Of a stretch of DNA of 64,000 nt, positions 1-12,809 are shown piece after piece. The DNA lies in assembly GCA_965153285.1 (NCBI GenBank), contig OZ229121.1; one strand, given 5' to 3'. The stretch is from Podarcis tiliguerta. Lineage: Eukaryota. The notes under the pieces were generated by a model, which saw only the letters and a program-made list of their open reading frames with translations, was not told the DNA's origin and ran no database searches. A program made the position numbers and the translations under genes. Position 1 is the first letter of the stretch. Each line of letters opens with the position of its first letter.

Positions 1-341
1 TGGAAGTGCGTAATAAATGGCAGGTCTGCAAACTGTCTGGAATTCGGCCCTTAATGAGTTTACAACTGTCCAGCCACAATTAAGATTTTCTACAAAAGCC
101 CTTTCATTTGTTTTGTCTGGCTGTTTTAGATAAAGCGGCTCTGCGGAAATAGCTCGTTTTTATTAGCCCTTTCCCCTCTGAAATGTAGGCTGTAAGGTGA
201 ACGTTTATCTTTAATGAATATACCGCTGGAACCTTTTCTATAATTGCTACTGCATGGCAAAGTAGATTACTGAAGCGTTTGCAGGGGGAGATATCAGCTA
301 TGTTTACACGTTCGTCAGATTCCTGCACCTATTTTATTGCT

Positions 342-375
342 TGCGGTTACCAGGACGGAACAGCAGATGGCAGTG
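342..375 (+). promoter_or_regulatory. Candidate CTCF site between HOXA9 and HOXA7 (C7|9-type boundary)
   Basis: Core ACAGCAGATGGCAGTG (360-375) matches the CTCF consensus, with an upstream-module-like TGCGGTTACC (342-351). The position fits the known HoxA7|9 boundary. Confidence 0.65.
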
Positions 376-944
376 TTGTTCCACGAAAACAAGGGCGATT
401 TCCGCCATGAAGCCAATGGAAAAAATTCTAAAATGTCGACTTCCTAGGAGCAGCATATGCGGTTTTGAAACTCCTGATTTGATATTAAGAAAAGGCGATA
501 TTATATATGTCCCCACTACTAAAAGGAATACCTTAATGCTTCAGTATTTCGTGTTTCCATATTTAATACTCTTAAAAGTCAATAACTGCAATGGTAAAGT
601 TCTCCGTCGGTAACTATTAGTATTAGTATTAGTATTATCATGCCAGTTCTGTACAGATTGATATTTTCCCCTCACAGCTTGAAGCATGCTTCAAGAATAC
701 TGCTAATTTGACCGCAGTAAGAGCAAATAATATGTCGTGCGCCTGAGTGCACGTATCAAGCACATGTACAGTGAGAATATATGTAAACAGTTTAAGCTTA
801 TACAGATGCATTTGGGTGAAACATCCCGTGTATATTGTAATCGACTAATGAAAATGCATAACGGATATATAATGTAAGGGATATATAATGCACAAAGTCA
901 AAGCAGATATTCTCACACAATATAATCGTTTGCATTAACCCGTT

Positions 945-1032
945 CATGGCTTAGGCAATTTACCTGGGAATCTGCCCCAATGAATGCAGCAAGGCTTCTT
1001 ACCTCAGAGTAGACCTGTATAGGACTGCACTA
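945..1032. mobile_element. Degenerate family A copy
   Basis: TTTACCTGGGAA..CCCCAATGAA..CTTACCTCAGAGTAGACCTGTATAGGACTGCAC. Confidence 0.5.
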
Positions 1033-1639
1033 CGCTATATTGAGGCCGCATAAGCAATTTTTATAGCCGGGAATCTCAAAGGGCTTGGAATGCGGATGCT
1101 GGCGATTGAATCGCGGCAGAGTTGTTAAAGAAACATGCTCAGTGTGTATTTTAAAACAACAACAACAACACACAGTTAGACGTGGGTTTTTAATTTTTTT
1201 ATTTTTTTAAATGCTCCGATCAATTTTTAAAAAAGGTATTTATTAGGAGTAAACAGTTTTCACAATGCAGTGGGAGAGCTTTTGAATTGCTGAACGTGGA
1301 TGGCTCCATCTTAATCTCTTATTCAGCCAGTGATCCCTGCCTTTGGATCCATTCTGCTCTGGGCCAGAATCCTTCGGAAACCACGTTCTTTTCGCCGGGC
1401 TCTAAGTTGGTGGCTCGGCAACAAAATTTAATTTGAAAATTATTTACCGGCCACTGAATTTCTTCACCAGATGTCTTTGAGGCAGTTAAAGGCTCCCGCT
1501 CGCTTCCTTAAGCAATTTCATCTCTGTGGGACCCGGTTTAATTACGCAGTGCAGATGATAACAGTTCTAATACACCGCAGGACTAAGATGCCTGTACGAA
1601 TCTAGGCTGGAACTCTTACGGCATTTTATTTACTCTTTC

Positions 1640-1670
<31 letters not shown>

Positions 1671-3829
1671 TTGTATATATTGTATATATTGTATACACAC
1701 CTCTCCTTCACTTCTGAATTCTACGGCTCCATCGATTAGTATATGAGCCATATACACAAACATACATACCGAAGATAGATGAATGGACTCGATGTTTGTG
1801 AATAAATAAGACAATCAAACCACAAGTGTGTGCCTACTGTACCGAAATTAAGAGCCAAGAAAGACAAATAACATTATTGGGAAAATGCTTTAAATTTGCG
1901 TCTTTTTTCCATGCCAAAAAAAAGAAAAAGAACGTTTAGCCGTCAAATGACCCACTAAATGTGATTATCAAACATATTTCATTGTAATTCCTTTATAGGA
2001 ATCTAGGAGGATAAAACGAACAACCTGATTCCTGAAAAAGACTGGAAATTTATTGTGCATTTATTTAGGATGGAACTTACATATACTGTACTTAATACAA
2101 ATCCCCAGTAGAAAATGTCGTTTATATGAACGAAGGACTGGTCATGGCAGCTTTTAATGTTAATTCTTATTGTCTCGTGTGTACTTTTAATGTAGCTTGT
2201 CCTCAATGACTTCAGCTACAGTAAAATGCAAACACGAATATATACATTTGTTGTAAGTAATTTGGACAATGGGTGATCAATGGAGGGAATAAAGAAGGCA
2301 GCTAAAACAGCGGAATAATACCCCAAGTCCAAATTGCACACAAAAAATTTGTTTGCTTGATTCCAAAATAAACCACCCTGCAGAATGACCAGTTGGTGTG
2401 TGTGTTTTTAAATCATCCTCTTTATTTTTAACTTTTTATTCTGTGGGTGGAGGTTGTTTTTAAACGAGGTTTGTTTAGAGAAACCTAGAAAGCAGCAGTT
2501 TCTAGGTTACAATTTTTTAAAGGGGGCGGAGAGGGCGCTTTGGATGGAATGAGTGACCTAGGGAAAACTTTAAATAATTAAGCAGTATCCATTCCACCGT
2601 ATCTTTTATTTTTAATTTTTAAGTGGGATGGAGGATAGAGGCATCTTCTAAAACTGGACACCATTAAATTTCCGCATTCATGTACCGGTAATGTATCCCG
2701 GAAACGTGTCTTAGAAGTGAATAATCATTTCCCCCCTCTTTTTTGCTATTTGTACTGGAAGTCTGTACTTTGGAGTTGATTCGGAGCTCATTGCGAAGGG
2801 ACATTCCGTTTAGCGAGGGTTAGTCCTGAGACTTTATTATAAAACGCCCTATTTCCTGGAGGGGAGGCCGTGGACAACGGTGTGTGTGTGTGTGTGTGTG
2901 ATGGCCTTCCCAATTTAAGTAGCGCTTCCAAAAAGTGACTTTAGGCAAACGCGATTTTAAAATATATTTATATAATCCCAGCAGAACTGAGACACACGCA
3001 CGTCTAAGAAAGCAGTGTGCGGTTTGATCCTCTCAGACCTCGGCCTCAGAGCTAGTTGCACTTAACGGTGTCCTTTAAAGACTCATCGATAAAATTCTGT
3101 CTTGCTCTTATCAATACCCAAGTCTAGACTGCCGGTTCTGTTTGCTGCTGCTTTCTTCTGGCATCTTGGCTGCGTTGTCACCAGAGGAGCAATTTATTGG
3201 CAGAATGCCGTCTAATTCCGCTTCTTTGATCTGGCTCGTCGTCTTTGGCAGGTCTTCTTTCGCCTTCCCTTCTAACTTCTTAGCCCTTTTTAATTTTTCT
3301 CAGGAGGCTTTTCTTTCTTTCTTAAAATTTCAAGGTGTTTTATTTTTTTTTGAGGGGGTGTTATTATTATTGTAGCCCCGCAATCTTGCACCACACGCCT
3401 CTCCCCCCCCCCCCAACACACACATTTTCTTCCTTTGGGTTTGACAGCCATCTTGGTGCGTTGACCGATCTTGGCGGGATGAAAACCAAAGACGTCTGTC
3501 GATGCAACCAGACTGTTCTCTCCCAGGAATAGCAAAGCAAACCTCGAAGGGCGGTTTCCGCGCCCAGGACCGGCTCCAGTCCATATCACTGATTGTGAAG
3601 ACGAGTTCATGATAATAATGTCCTTCCTTTCCAAAACTGTACACCAACACCTCTCTCCAGCCCCTGTTGCACCCGGGCCTCCTCAGGCCCCTTAGCTGAG
3701 CCCTCCCCCCCCCCTTCCCTCCCCTGGGTTGCCAAAATGTGTCCCTGCGAAATATGGGCCAGGCATAATTTTAAACTGGTGAGAACCTCTTTGTACACAC
3801 AGGATACCAAACTCTATAATCTAAAGGGA

Positions 3830-3960
3830 GAATTTCCGGGGCAATCTCATTGTCCTCCTTCCAGTTTATGATGTGCAATATAGCAGGGCAGTAAAAGCTG
3901 TCTTTACCAAAACTCCCCCGTCTGAGGGAAGGAAACTAGTTTTACGATCCGTTTTAAAGG
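3830..3960 (+). promoter_or_regulatory. Putative HOXA7 upstream enhancer with Cdx/Hox motifs
   Basis: TTTATGA, GTAAAA and TTTTACGA motifs about 1.7 kb upstream of the HOXA7 ATG, where a mouse Hoxa7 enhancer is described. Confidence 0.45.
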
Positions 3961-4463
3961 AAGGGTAGGGCGCAACATCCTCAATGGCGTGTCCTCTTAT
4001 TGCTTGGTGGGGGCCGAGTGTTTAGAAATTAAGGAGCTGCCTTATCCGAGATCTGGGACACACACACACACATACACACTTATGCCACCGCTCTCGACAC
4101 CACCAACACCACCACACAAAACCAGAGGTAGGTATTTATTTACCCCGGGGGCGGGGGAGGTAAAAGAAGAAGCCAGGATGAAACAAAGAAACCTGAGTCC
4201 GCATCCCAAGTCTCTTCGATTTTTTTAAAAAATAAGAGGTGCTGAAAGTCCGTTTGTTTTTATTTTATTTCCCACTGTATCATTTTTTTGGGGGGGGGGT
4301 GGCTGAAATATGCATGCTAATGGATAGAAGAAATCCGCACTAGCAAAGGCAGACCGGCTGCATTATCACCGAAAAACAAAACAAAACAAAACAAAACTCT
4401 CTCCTGGATATAAACCTTCCTGGAGTAAGAGGAACAGGCAAAAGTAGACACATGCCTTCATCT

Positions 4464-4515
4464 TTCTTCTTCTTCTTCTTCTTCTTCTTCTTCTTCTTCT
4501 TCTTCTTCTTCTTCC
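4464..4515. repeat. (TTC)n microsatellite
   Basis: About 17 uninterrupted TTC units. Confidence 0.95.
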
Positions 4516-5459
4516 TCTTCTCCTCCCCTTTCTTTTTAGGAAAGATACCCACCCGTCCTCCCTTAGATATACTGTGCTTTTTCTTTATTTGTGTTTTGTT
4601 GCTGAGGAAGAGAATTTGGCAAAAGAGGGAGAGAGAGATGATAGAACACGTATTTAGCAACCCTTCACTCATCTCGCCAGCAGCGATTAGCCGAATATGT
4701 CTGTCAATATCTTAATAAATCTGCGAGCAAATTGGGAAGCCTCTCATATAAATATTTCACTCTTTCCTTTCCTGAGGAAAAATAAATGTGAGCAGGATAC
4801 AGAAGGATTTGCCAAATGAGTTCATTCAGACACACACACACACACTTGAGATAGACAGACGCAGATAACACATCCTGCATAATGGTTGTGGTTGTTTTTA
4901 CTATGGGGGTATTTTTATGGGCACCTTGCCTTTGTATTTTTTTTTTTTTTAATGTACTTTCCCTCCCGCAGCTCTACCCCTCCCCTTTCGGAATATGGAA
5001 GAGCTGAAAGGCGGAGAGAGATAAGAAACAAGAAAAACAAACAGGAAACATACATGGAAACTCAGAGTTGTGTTTGTGGTTTATTTCCAGCTCTGCAGGA
5101 AATATGACTGAGGAGTGGGGTATATGCAGGAGCAAAACAGAAACGCTTTTTCCTCCCCTTAAAAGACAAAAAAAGACGAGGAGAAAGGGGGTAGAGAGGA
5201 TAAAGATGCAAAGAGGAAAATGTGTATTTCAAAACATTGGGTTGACGTTTCTTATTCTGGCTTCCCTATGCCTCGGGGCTGATCTCGGCGCTCCCTCGGC
5301 TTTATCCGGAGTCGCTCCGGGAACCCGGGCCCCGTTGGAGCTGCCCGAGCGGCCAAGTCTCCCCCTCGCCTTCGAATCGGCCAGGCGTCGGCTCGATCCT
5401 CTTCCCCTTCCATCATAGGACCTTGTGAGCCACCCTGATCTATACCACCTGTGATGCAG

Positions 5460-5627
5460 GAGGAGATTGGAGGATGGGGTCATATGACTGGTCACGTGGT
5501 GGAGGCAGCTCAGTCCAAAAGAAAATGGGGTTTGGTGTAAATCTGGGGGTGTAATGTTATCATATATCACGCTACCTCGTAAAACCGACACGGAAGCCTA
5601 CCGGACCACAAATCACCGGTCAAAATT
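5460..5627 (+). promoter_or_regulatory. HOXA7 promoter and 5' leader
   Basis: ATTGG (reverse CCAAT), GTCACGTGG E-box at 5491, and the Hox7-type leader GTCCAAAAGAAAATGGGGTTTGGTGTAAATC...ACAAATCACCGGTCAAAATT-ATG. Confidence 0.75.
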
Positions 5628-6006
5628 ATGAGTTCTTCGTATTATGTGAACGCTCTTTTTAGCAAATATACGACGGGGGCTGCTTCTCTCTTCCAAAATG
5701 CGGAGCCCACGTCTTGCTCCTTTGCTACCAACTCGCAGAGAAGCGGCTATGGACCAGGCGCTAGCGCGTTCACCTCCTCCATGCCTGCCTTGTACAACGT
5801 GAACAGCACCATATATCAAAGCCCGTTCTCTTCCGGATACAGCCTGGGCTCCGATGCCTACAACCTGCATTGCTCCTCTTTTGATCAGAACATTCCCGTC
5901 CTTTGCAATGACTTAACCAAACCCAGCTGTGACAAAGCGGACGACAGCAACCTGCACAGCCAGGCGGAGAGTAATTTCCGGATATACCCCTGGATGAGAT
6001 CTTCAG
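5628..6006 (+). CDS. HOXA7: Homeobox protein Hox-A7, coding exon 1
   Basis: MSSSYYVNALFSKYT N-terminus and NFRIYPWMRSS hexapeptide typical of Hox7. Donor CAG|GTATGG after 6006 (379 nt, phase 1). Confidence 0.97.
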
Positions 6007-6199
6007 GTATGGGGGAGGAAGGAAGGAAGGAAGGAGGGGGGGGGGGACAAAACCGAGATGCGGGCGGGGAAGGCCGGGCGGAGGGGGGGGGGCGTTGGAT
6101 TGAAAGCGCTGCCAAGCAGGCGAATGGCAACTTCCACGCGGGTGCGGGGGCAACTTCCACGCGAGGAGCGCGCGCGCGCCTGCCCTGCCTGCCTGCCTG

Positions 6200-6318
6200 C
6201 TTTTAATTAGAGCAAGCGGCGCCATTGCGCAGAAAGCCCGTGGCATTGTATGTAAATGAGTCTCATAAAACTTTTTATTGCCCAATTAATGGGTTCTAGC
6301 CTCGTAAATTTATTTAAC
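6200..6318 (+). promoter_or_regulatory. HB1-like homeodomain-site cluster in HOXA7 intron
   Basis: TAATTA, CATAAAA, TTTATTG, CAATTAAT and TCGTAAAT clustered in about 120 bp of an otherwise G-rich intron. Confidence 0.6.
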
Positions 6319-6536
6319 TCTCTCTCTCTTTCTCTTTCCCCCCCGATATGGAATGGGAGCGTTGGGTTGAATTTTTGGTCGAGGCCCTAGGGAAATATGG
6401 GAAGGGTGATGGCGAAGGTGGCCGGAGACTGGCAGGGGGAGAGCCTCGCTTCTCCTCGCCCGCACTGGCGAAGGGGGGGGGGTAATGCTGAGTGAGAGAA
6501 GAGCCGGGGGTGCGGACTGGGATGGGGTGGGGGACG

Positions 6537-6540
<4 letters not shown>

Positions 6541-6575
<35 letters not shown>
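6541..6575. repeat. (AG)n microsatellite in HOXA7 intron
   Basis: Read directly from the sequence. Confidence 0.9.
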
Positions 6576-6581
<6 letters not shown>

Positions 6582-7009
6582 GGGGGGAAATGGAGCTTTC
6601 TATTCTTGGAGTGAGCGAAAACGTTTGATTCCCTATTATTTATCTGACCCACCCTCCGCAAGAAATATAGACGGTCAGTGGTAGGCATGTCAATAAAGAA
6701 AGGGGTTATTGGAGCGAAGCAAACCCGAACCTGCAGTTAATTTTGCGGGAGGACAGGAAGACCTGCTCTTTTAACTGGGAGCGAAAGCGAGCCCTGAGTT
6801 CCAGACACCGCTTTGACTTCCGCCAGAGTCTGGAATGTGGCGGGCAAAACCGGAGAGAGTTTGCTTTCAGTCAATCGCCCTCTTTCCCCCCGCCTGGGTT
6901 TATTTATTTAAACTACAGGGTTAAAACCCGAATTCCTCCACCCACCCAGTCTCTCCCGGCTTGTCGCCTTTGCCCGGGGCACTTGAGGGAAAGCTAAGCC
7001 TTCAGTTTT

Positions 7010-7155
7010 GAGTATACTGTGCAGGAAGTCAGTGGGATTTGCTTCCGAGTAGACGTGTCTCAGAATTGGACGGTCAGCTTCTACCCACTTGGCCTGGAAG
7101 TTGCGCCTTGCTGGACTCAATGGAGCTTACTTCTGAGTAGGCATGAGCAGGCTTG
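7010..7155. mobile_element. Two adjacent degenerate family A copies, HOXA7 intron
   Basis: AGTGGGATTTGCTTCCGAGTAGACG and CTCAATGGAGCTTACTTCTGAGTAGGCATG cores. Confidence 0.5.
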
Positions 7156-7328
7156 AAATGCTGCTGTCCCTTTCCGATATATATATATATACACACATAC
7201 ATACATATATAGGGGTGGGGGTGGGACTCGTGTGTGTGTGTGAGAGAGAGAGAGAGAGAATAGGAAACAGGAGGGTTTTGTTTTTTATTTGTTTGCCAGT
7301 GTTGTAAAACTATTTCCTGGTCCTCTAA

Positions 7329-7688
<360 letters not shown>

Positions 7689-8136
7689 ACGGACAACTCC
7701 CCCCCCCCTCTCCCGGGCTCTCGCTCGCCGGAGCCCGGCGCTCGTCTTCTGTATGCACGTGACATTGTAAACGCTCTCTTCAAATAATAATTAAAATCTA
7801 TTTAAAAAGGAGACCCTTGCAATCGCCAATTCCAATTATAAGGGATGGGGGGAGAGGTGAGTTCACCTCGACTGGCCCTTCCGCATTCCCAGAGCATCCG
7901 AGACTCAGCTCTGTGTAAACTAAGAGTAAAATTATCACTTGAACACCCGGACCAGTTTGGCTGTGAATGTCCAAACCTGTTGTATTATTATTTTTTGTTA
8001 CATAATAGACCGATAGATTTTTCTCCCCGCCCTGGTATCTCTGAGGGGAGGGGGGTGCCGTAACTTGCACATAATAAGAAAAAGAAAAAGGGGAAAAAAC
8101 GCTGGGGGAGCCCCATATAGTTTAACTTCCAAATAA

Positions 8137-8413
8137 ACTACCTGACTGTACTGGTCCCAATCAATCGCTAAGGGACGAGTGCATTAGGCTCACACTCAAA
8201 CTACCTAATTTACGCTGAGGATCGATGTACTTCCAGTTACTGAATTTTGTTGTTGTTGTTTCTTTGTTTAAAATAACCTGAAGAAGGATTTGGGGTGGGT
8301 GGGGAATTCCGAATTCCATGCGGGAGAAAACAATGACTAAACCACTACACTGAGCTGCAGTGATTTGTACTACCTATTTTCCAAACTACCTATTATCTAG
8401 CTCCGCCTACCTA
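8137..8413 (+). promoter_or_regulatory. Cluster of five miR-196 seed matches in HOXA7 3'UTR
   Basis: ACTACCT at 8137; ACTACCTA at 8200, 8369 and 8385; CTACCTA at 8407. These are complementary to the miR-196 5' end UAGGUAGU, and HOXA7 is an established miR-196 target. Confidence 0.85.
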
Positions 8414-10044
8414 TCTTCAAAATTATGCTGCATTTTATTAATGCAAAAAGGAAAGATGACAATACTTAAAGCGGACTTCCTCGTAGGACCTGAAGCGTAG
8501 CGCATAAGGTATAAAAGGGAAAACAATTTAAATGGGAGGCCTTCCCAAGTCCGCCACAGGATTTGATGCCTGGTATTGTTGAGTATAATTTAAAGTTTTT
8601 AAATAATAATAATAATATATTTATTCTAAGGCTGTTATTAAGTGGAAACAATATGCTGCAATGTAAGCTTTCGTCACACAAGTCTTCGCTAGGCCGAATC
8701 TGATGGAGGTTAAACCATCGCAATGGTTTTGTACAAAGCGGTTTCATCGCGTCCTTTTTGTGCGGCTCTGTTCATGGCCGGTTTAGTGTTCCCTTTTGAG
8801 TTTTCTACCATTCTGTGCTTGCTGCAACTGAAAAAAACACAAAGCAACAAATTAAAAAAAAAGATGTGAATTTAAGCACCGGCCACATATACCTATTCTC
8901 AGCCACCTTATTCCCTTCTCCCTATTGCCAGAATGTGTTAAGTCTGAAGCAACGTTAATTTTCACAACAATGAAAGAATATTGTATATTGGATCGAGGGA
9001 GGCTTGAGCCATTTCTGATTTCCTTGGACCTCATTGATAAATATACCATGCCATCTGCTGAGAAACCTGTACTTGGTTAGGCAAACTTTGTAGCATGAAG
9101 CAACGTCGACAACTCTGTATAAATAAATTCTGCCTTGAAAGTTTTGGCTAAACTTTATTCATAAAATGTACGTTACAATGTGTTTTTCCACTGTGAACAT
9201 TGAGGTATCTCGTGTTAAAATTGAAGGGGGCGGGAAGTGCGTGTGTGTGTGCGTCTGCGTGAATACTCTTCGGAGGTGCTGTCGTGTATCGCCCACGTTC
9301 GATGTGTTTTATGTTACACAGAAATAAAAAATGCTTGTTGACAAAATATCCTCTCTTTTTTATTATTAAAAGTTACATATCTATATAAACATTTATATAC
9401 ACATCTAGGCCCGCATGCGGGCCCGCATCCAAATGCGAAAGTCCCGAGTATATACAAAACAACCCAAAGCAACTAACGATAACTCTGTCAACCTGGTACT
9501 TGGAAATAAATGTTAATATAATCACTAAGATCTGCTCTCACAGTGATCTACTTTATATATAAGAATGAGCGAGCGGGCTGCTAGCCACCCAGCAAGCAAC
9601 CCAAATATTACTAGGGCGGAAATCTCGTGGATTCCAATCAGACTTCCTTCCCCATAGTATAATGGGGATACAAAATAGAGATTTTGCTTAAGATGAGTCT
9701 ACTGGTTCGTAGGAAAACATACATATGATTTCGAAGTAGGTCCTAATTAACTAATTCAGGATTTTTTTTCAAACGCATCTGGCGAGGTATATATAGGCTG
9801 GCGTAGTCCGCACTTTGGAGAGAAAGTCACTGAAATTTCTGGAATGGAATGACTATAAGGCGCTTTAAGGCGCCGTCTGTAGGGTGCACGGTAGCCCCCA
9901 GAACACGGAATTAACGACAATGCCACCAGCAAAGATATAACACGTATAGAACCTATTTCCATAGCATATTCCCAAAATATTTCTCCTACGAGCAATTTTT
10001 CTCCCCGCCCCCTTTTTATTCATTTAAAGCAAAACTGAGTGCTA

Positions 10045-10050
<6 letters not shown>

Positions 10051-10096
<46 letters not shown>
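10051..10096. repeat. (AT)n microsatellite
   Basis: About 23 AT units. Confidence 0.95.
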
Positions 10097-10098
<2 letters not shown>

Positions 10099-10304
10099 AA
10101 AGATAAATAAGAGTGGTGAGTGAATAAGGGCAGATTTCCTGCTGCTCTGTTAAAAGCGTGTGGCACAGTTTTAATATTCCCCCTATTATAAAATACAATT
10201 CAAAAATTGTCCAGACTGTGGGTCCTTTAAAAAAATCTAGAGCTTGCCTCTCTGGTAAAATGGCGCCTCTCTAAGTCCTGCCTCTTTCTTAGTGAGGAGG
10301 AAAG

Positions 10305-10460
10305 AGCCATAAATCCGTTGTTGTTTATGAAAATTTACAACTTTGCAATACAACTTTATGAGTGGTTCCGTTCCTCCATTGGTTGCCGGTGGTCATGTGG
10401 ATGGCAACCGTGAACATGAACTTTTTTATAATTTCCCTGGCGAGAATAGAGCTGCATTCT
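10305..10460 (+). promoter_or_regulatory. Candidate distal promoter/CNE between HOXA7 and HOXA6
   Basis: CCATAAATC, two TTTATGA, CCATTGG and GGTCATGTGG, the same CCAAT + E-box-like grammar seen at the Hox promoters in this window. Confidence 0.55.
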
Positions 10461-12776
10461 TTTGCTCAGCTCTGTCCTGCTTCGGATCTCTCTGGCTTTT
10501 CAGTCGTCCCCCCCACCTCCACCACCCCCGATTTTCATTTGTCCTTTGTAAGTCAATAGGGAGCCGGGTGGATGGAGGTTCAGAGCAGGCAGTCGCCTAG
10601 AACGCAGGTTTTGGATGGCAATTTCCAGTTCCTCCGCCGGAAGGTGTGGCATATTGGATTCAAAGCGCTGGAGTGGCAGATTTTCAACTCGCAACCTGGC
10701 TAATTTCCTGCTTCTTCTGGCACCAAAAGGAGGGCGATTCGTCTCCGGTGCAGCCAAAGCGACAGCTGTCAAAGTAGCAGGGGCTCCTGCAAGCCAGAAC
10801 CTAAAAAGGTGAGAAATTCAGAGAACTACCAGCATGAGCAAGCAACCCCGGTTATAACATTAGACTAGACAAACCTGGAAAATCAGCATCCTTCTCTGAA
10901 ACAGATTAGACATAGAATGTTGATCCGCCAAAGGTGCGATGGTGCCAATTGACTCTCTAAGCTTCCTGGATTGTGCCGGGAGCAATCAAAACAGACCAGA
11001 ACTGCTAGTGAGCCTGTAGATATGCTATTTAAGCACCGGCTGCAGCTACATTTGCTTAAGAATAACCTGTATTTTTTTGAAGCCACGGGAGATTTTAGAA
11101 ACCGTCTCATTAAATGCTGCGTTGATAGTAAGGCAGAGCTGGAATGCTTCTAAAATGTGTATTTTAGCAAAGCGGGTGCTTTTTGACTTTTTGTGTGTTT
11201 AATGCGTGGTTGTTGTTGATACGAGATCTGTCGATGTAAATAGAGAGTTTAGGAACTTATCGCTTCATTTTAGATGTTAGGTGGAAATTAATTCCGGTAA
11301 CGTCAGAAGATAGATTATGCATGCACTGGATTGCTCCATCTTCAGATGAAGATGTACGTACAATAGCATGGTAGTCACGGATATCGTATGGCGCCTGGAT
11401 AACATTAGGAGCTTTTTTAAGTCCCGAAATGCAGCTTGTTCCTTAATGATAACTAAGGATTAAAAGCAATAAGGAAGCTTACTTCAGAATCACAAAATGC
11501 GGCTTTTTGTTTGGTGGAGACGGGGGGAGTGTTTGTGTGGATGTGAGAGAAAAACAGGTTAATGAAATAATAGAAAATTATCCTCAAAATTGGTATAGGT
11601 GGAGGGATGTGGTGAAGCAATATTTTCGTAAGGGTACGTAATTTTGTGTGATGCGCCCATTTTGTGTCGTCTCCTTAAAATGGTTTTCTGGGAGGAAAAT
11701 ATTTCGGATTGCATATCTTCAAATATTCATTTCAGTTGTTAAAGATGAGAAGCAATTATCTTATGTGTTCAGAACGATGGGTGCCCCCCCCCCGCGCCAC
11801 TTCTCCGAGCTGATAAAGAATTACGTGTGCATTGCATTGCAGTATCTGGCTGACTGCAACCGCAGTGAATGTCGGATTATTTATCGCCAAGTGGAGTGTA
11901 CTCAGTGCTGCCACTGTGTGGTTGAAGGAGGTACTCACGCAGAGTGAGCTGGGGCAACCGCCAGTATCACACACACACACACACATCCAAACACACGCAC
12001 ACACACCCGCAGAACGTAGCGGGTGGTTCTCCATTGGAAAACTCTATTTGTAAAAATCGGCCTTCAGTTGCCCACCTCAAGCCGTATCGCTTTAAGGATT
12101 CTTTTCCCGCAAGAGCTTAAAAAATTACGTGACAGACGGGATATGAAGGGGACACCCCGGAAAGATATTGTTGTTGAACTGAATGTTTTGGCGTGGTGAA
12201 TTGGAAGGACCAGGAAGGGCTACTAACACGTCCAGTCTAAACAATAGCTGCGATTGCGAGAACTGTTTGGATTAGCGGCTGTTAGCTAAATGTTGCTTTC
12301 TGTTACATCTCTGAACCTAAGAAGGATTTGCAAGTGGATTTATACCTTAGGGAAACGGAGCTTTTAAGCTTAAGAGGGTAACTGCCCCCCGCACCTGTAT
12401 TCTAACTTTGTTTGACTTATGGCTTCGATTGAATGAAAACCCGAGAGCAAAGGGGGTGGGTGGGGGGAAATCCTCGCACTGTTCAACGGGTAGTCACACA
12501 TTTTAAATCGATGGGTACTGCTATATATTTTTTTTAAAAAAAAAAGTTTTGGAGTTTTGCATGTTTTCTTTTAAACGGGGCCACTCCAGCTGTTTACCTT
12601 GCTCGGTTAGGAATGTGTCTCCGGGAGCTTGTCTGGGTTCATTTGAGAAGCTGCAGTCTATGGCCAGGCTTCTGCTTAGCAGATGTGGGTCTCGGAACCT
12701 CTAGCTTGGGGAGGGGCGACTTTTTCTACTGGCAGACCTTGATATATATATTTTGTACATTGGAATGCAACCATGA

Positions 12777-12809
<33 letters not shown>

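Noticed and set aside
4340-4715. Poly-Lys / poly-Phe ORFs
   Set aside because: They are translations of the (TTC)n microsatellite.
6007-6206. ORF-track C-termini that continue past YPWM for all five genes
   Set aside because: These are read-through into introns. Canonical phase-1 donors and acceptors join cleanly to the homeobox exons.
11883-11900. Possible C6|7 CTCF site (TCGCCAAGTGGAGTG)
   Set aside because: Several mismatches at core positions make it too weak to call without a PWM score or ChIP data.
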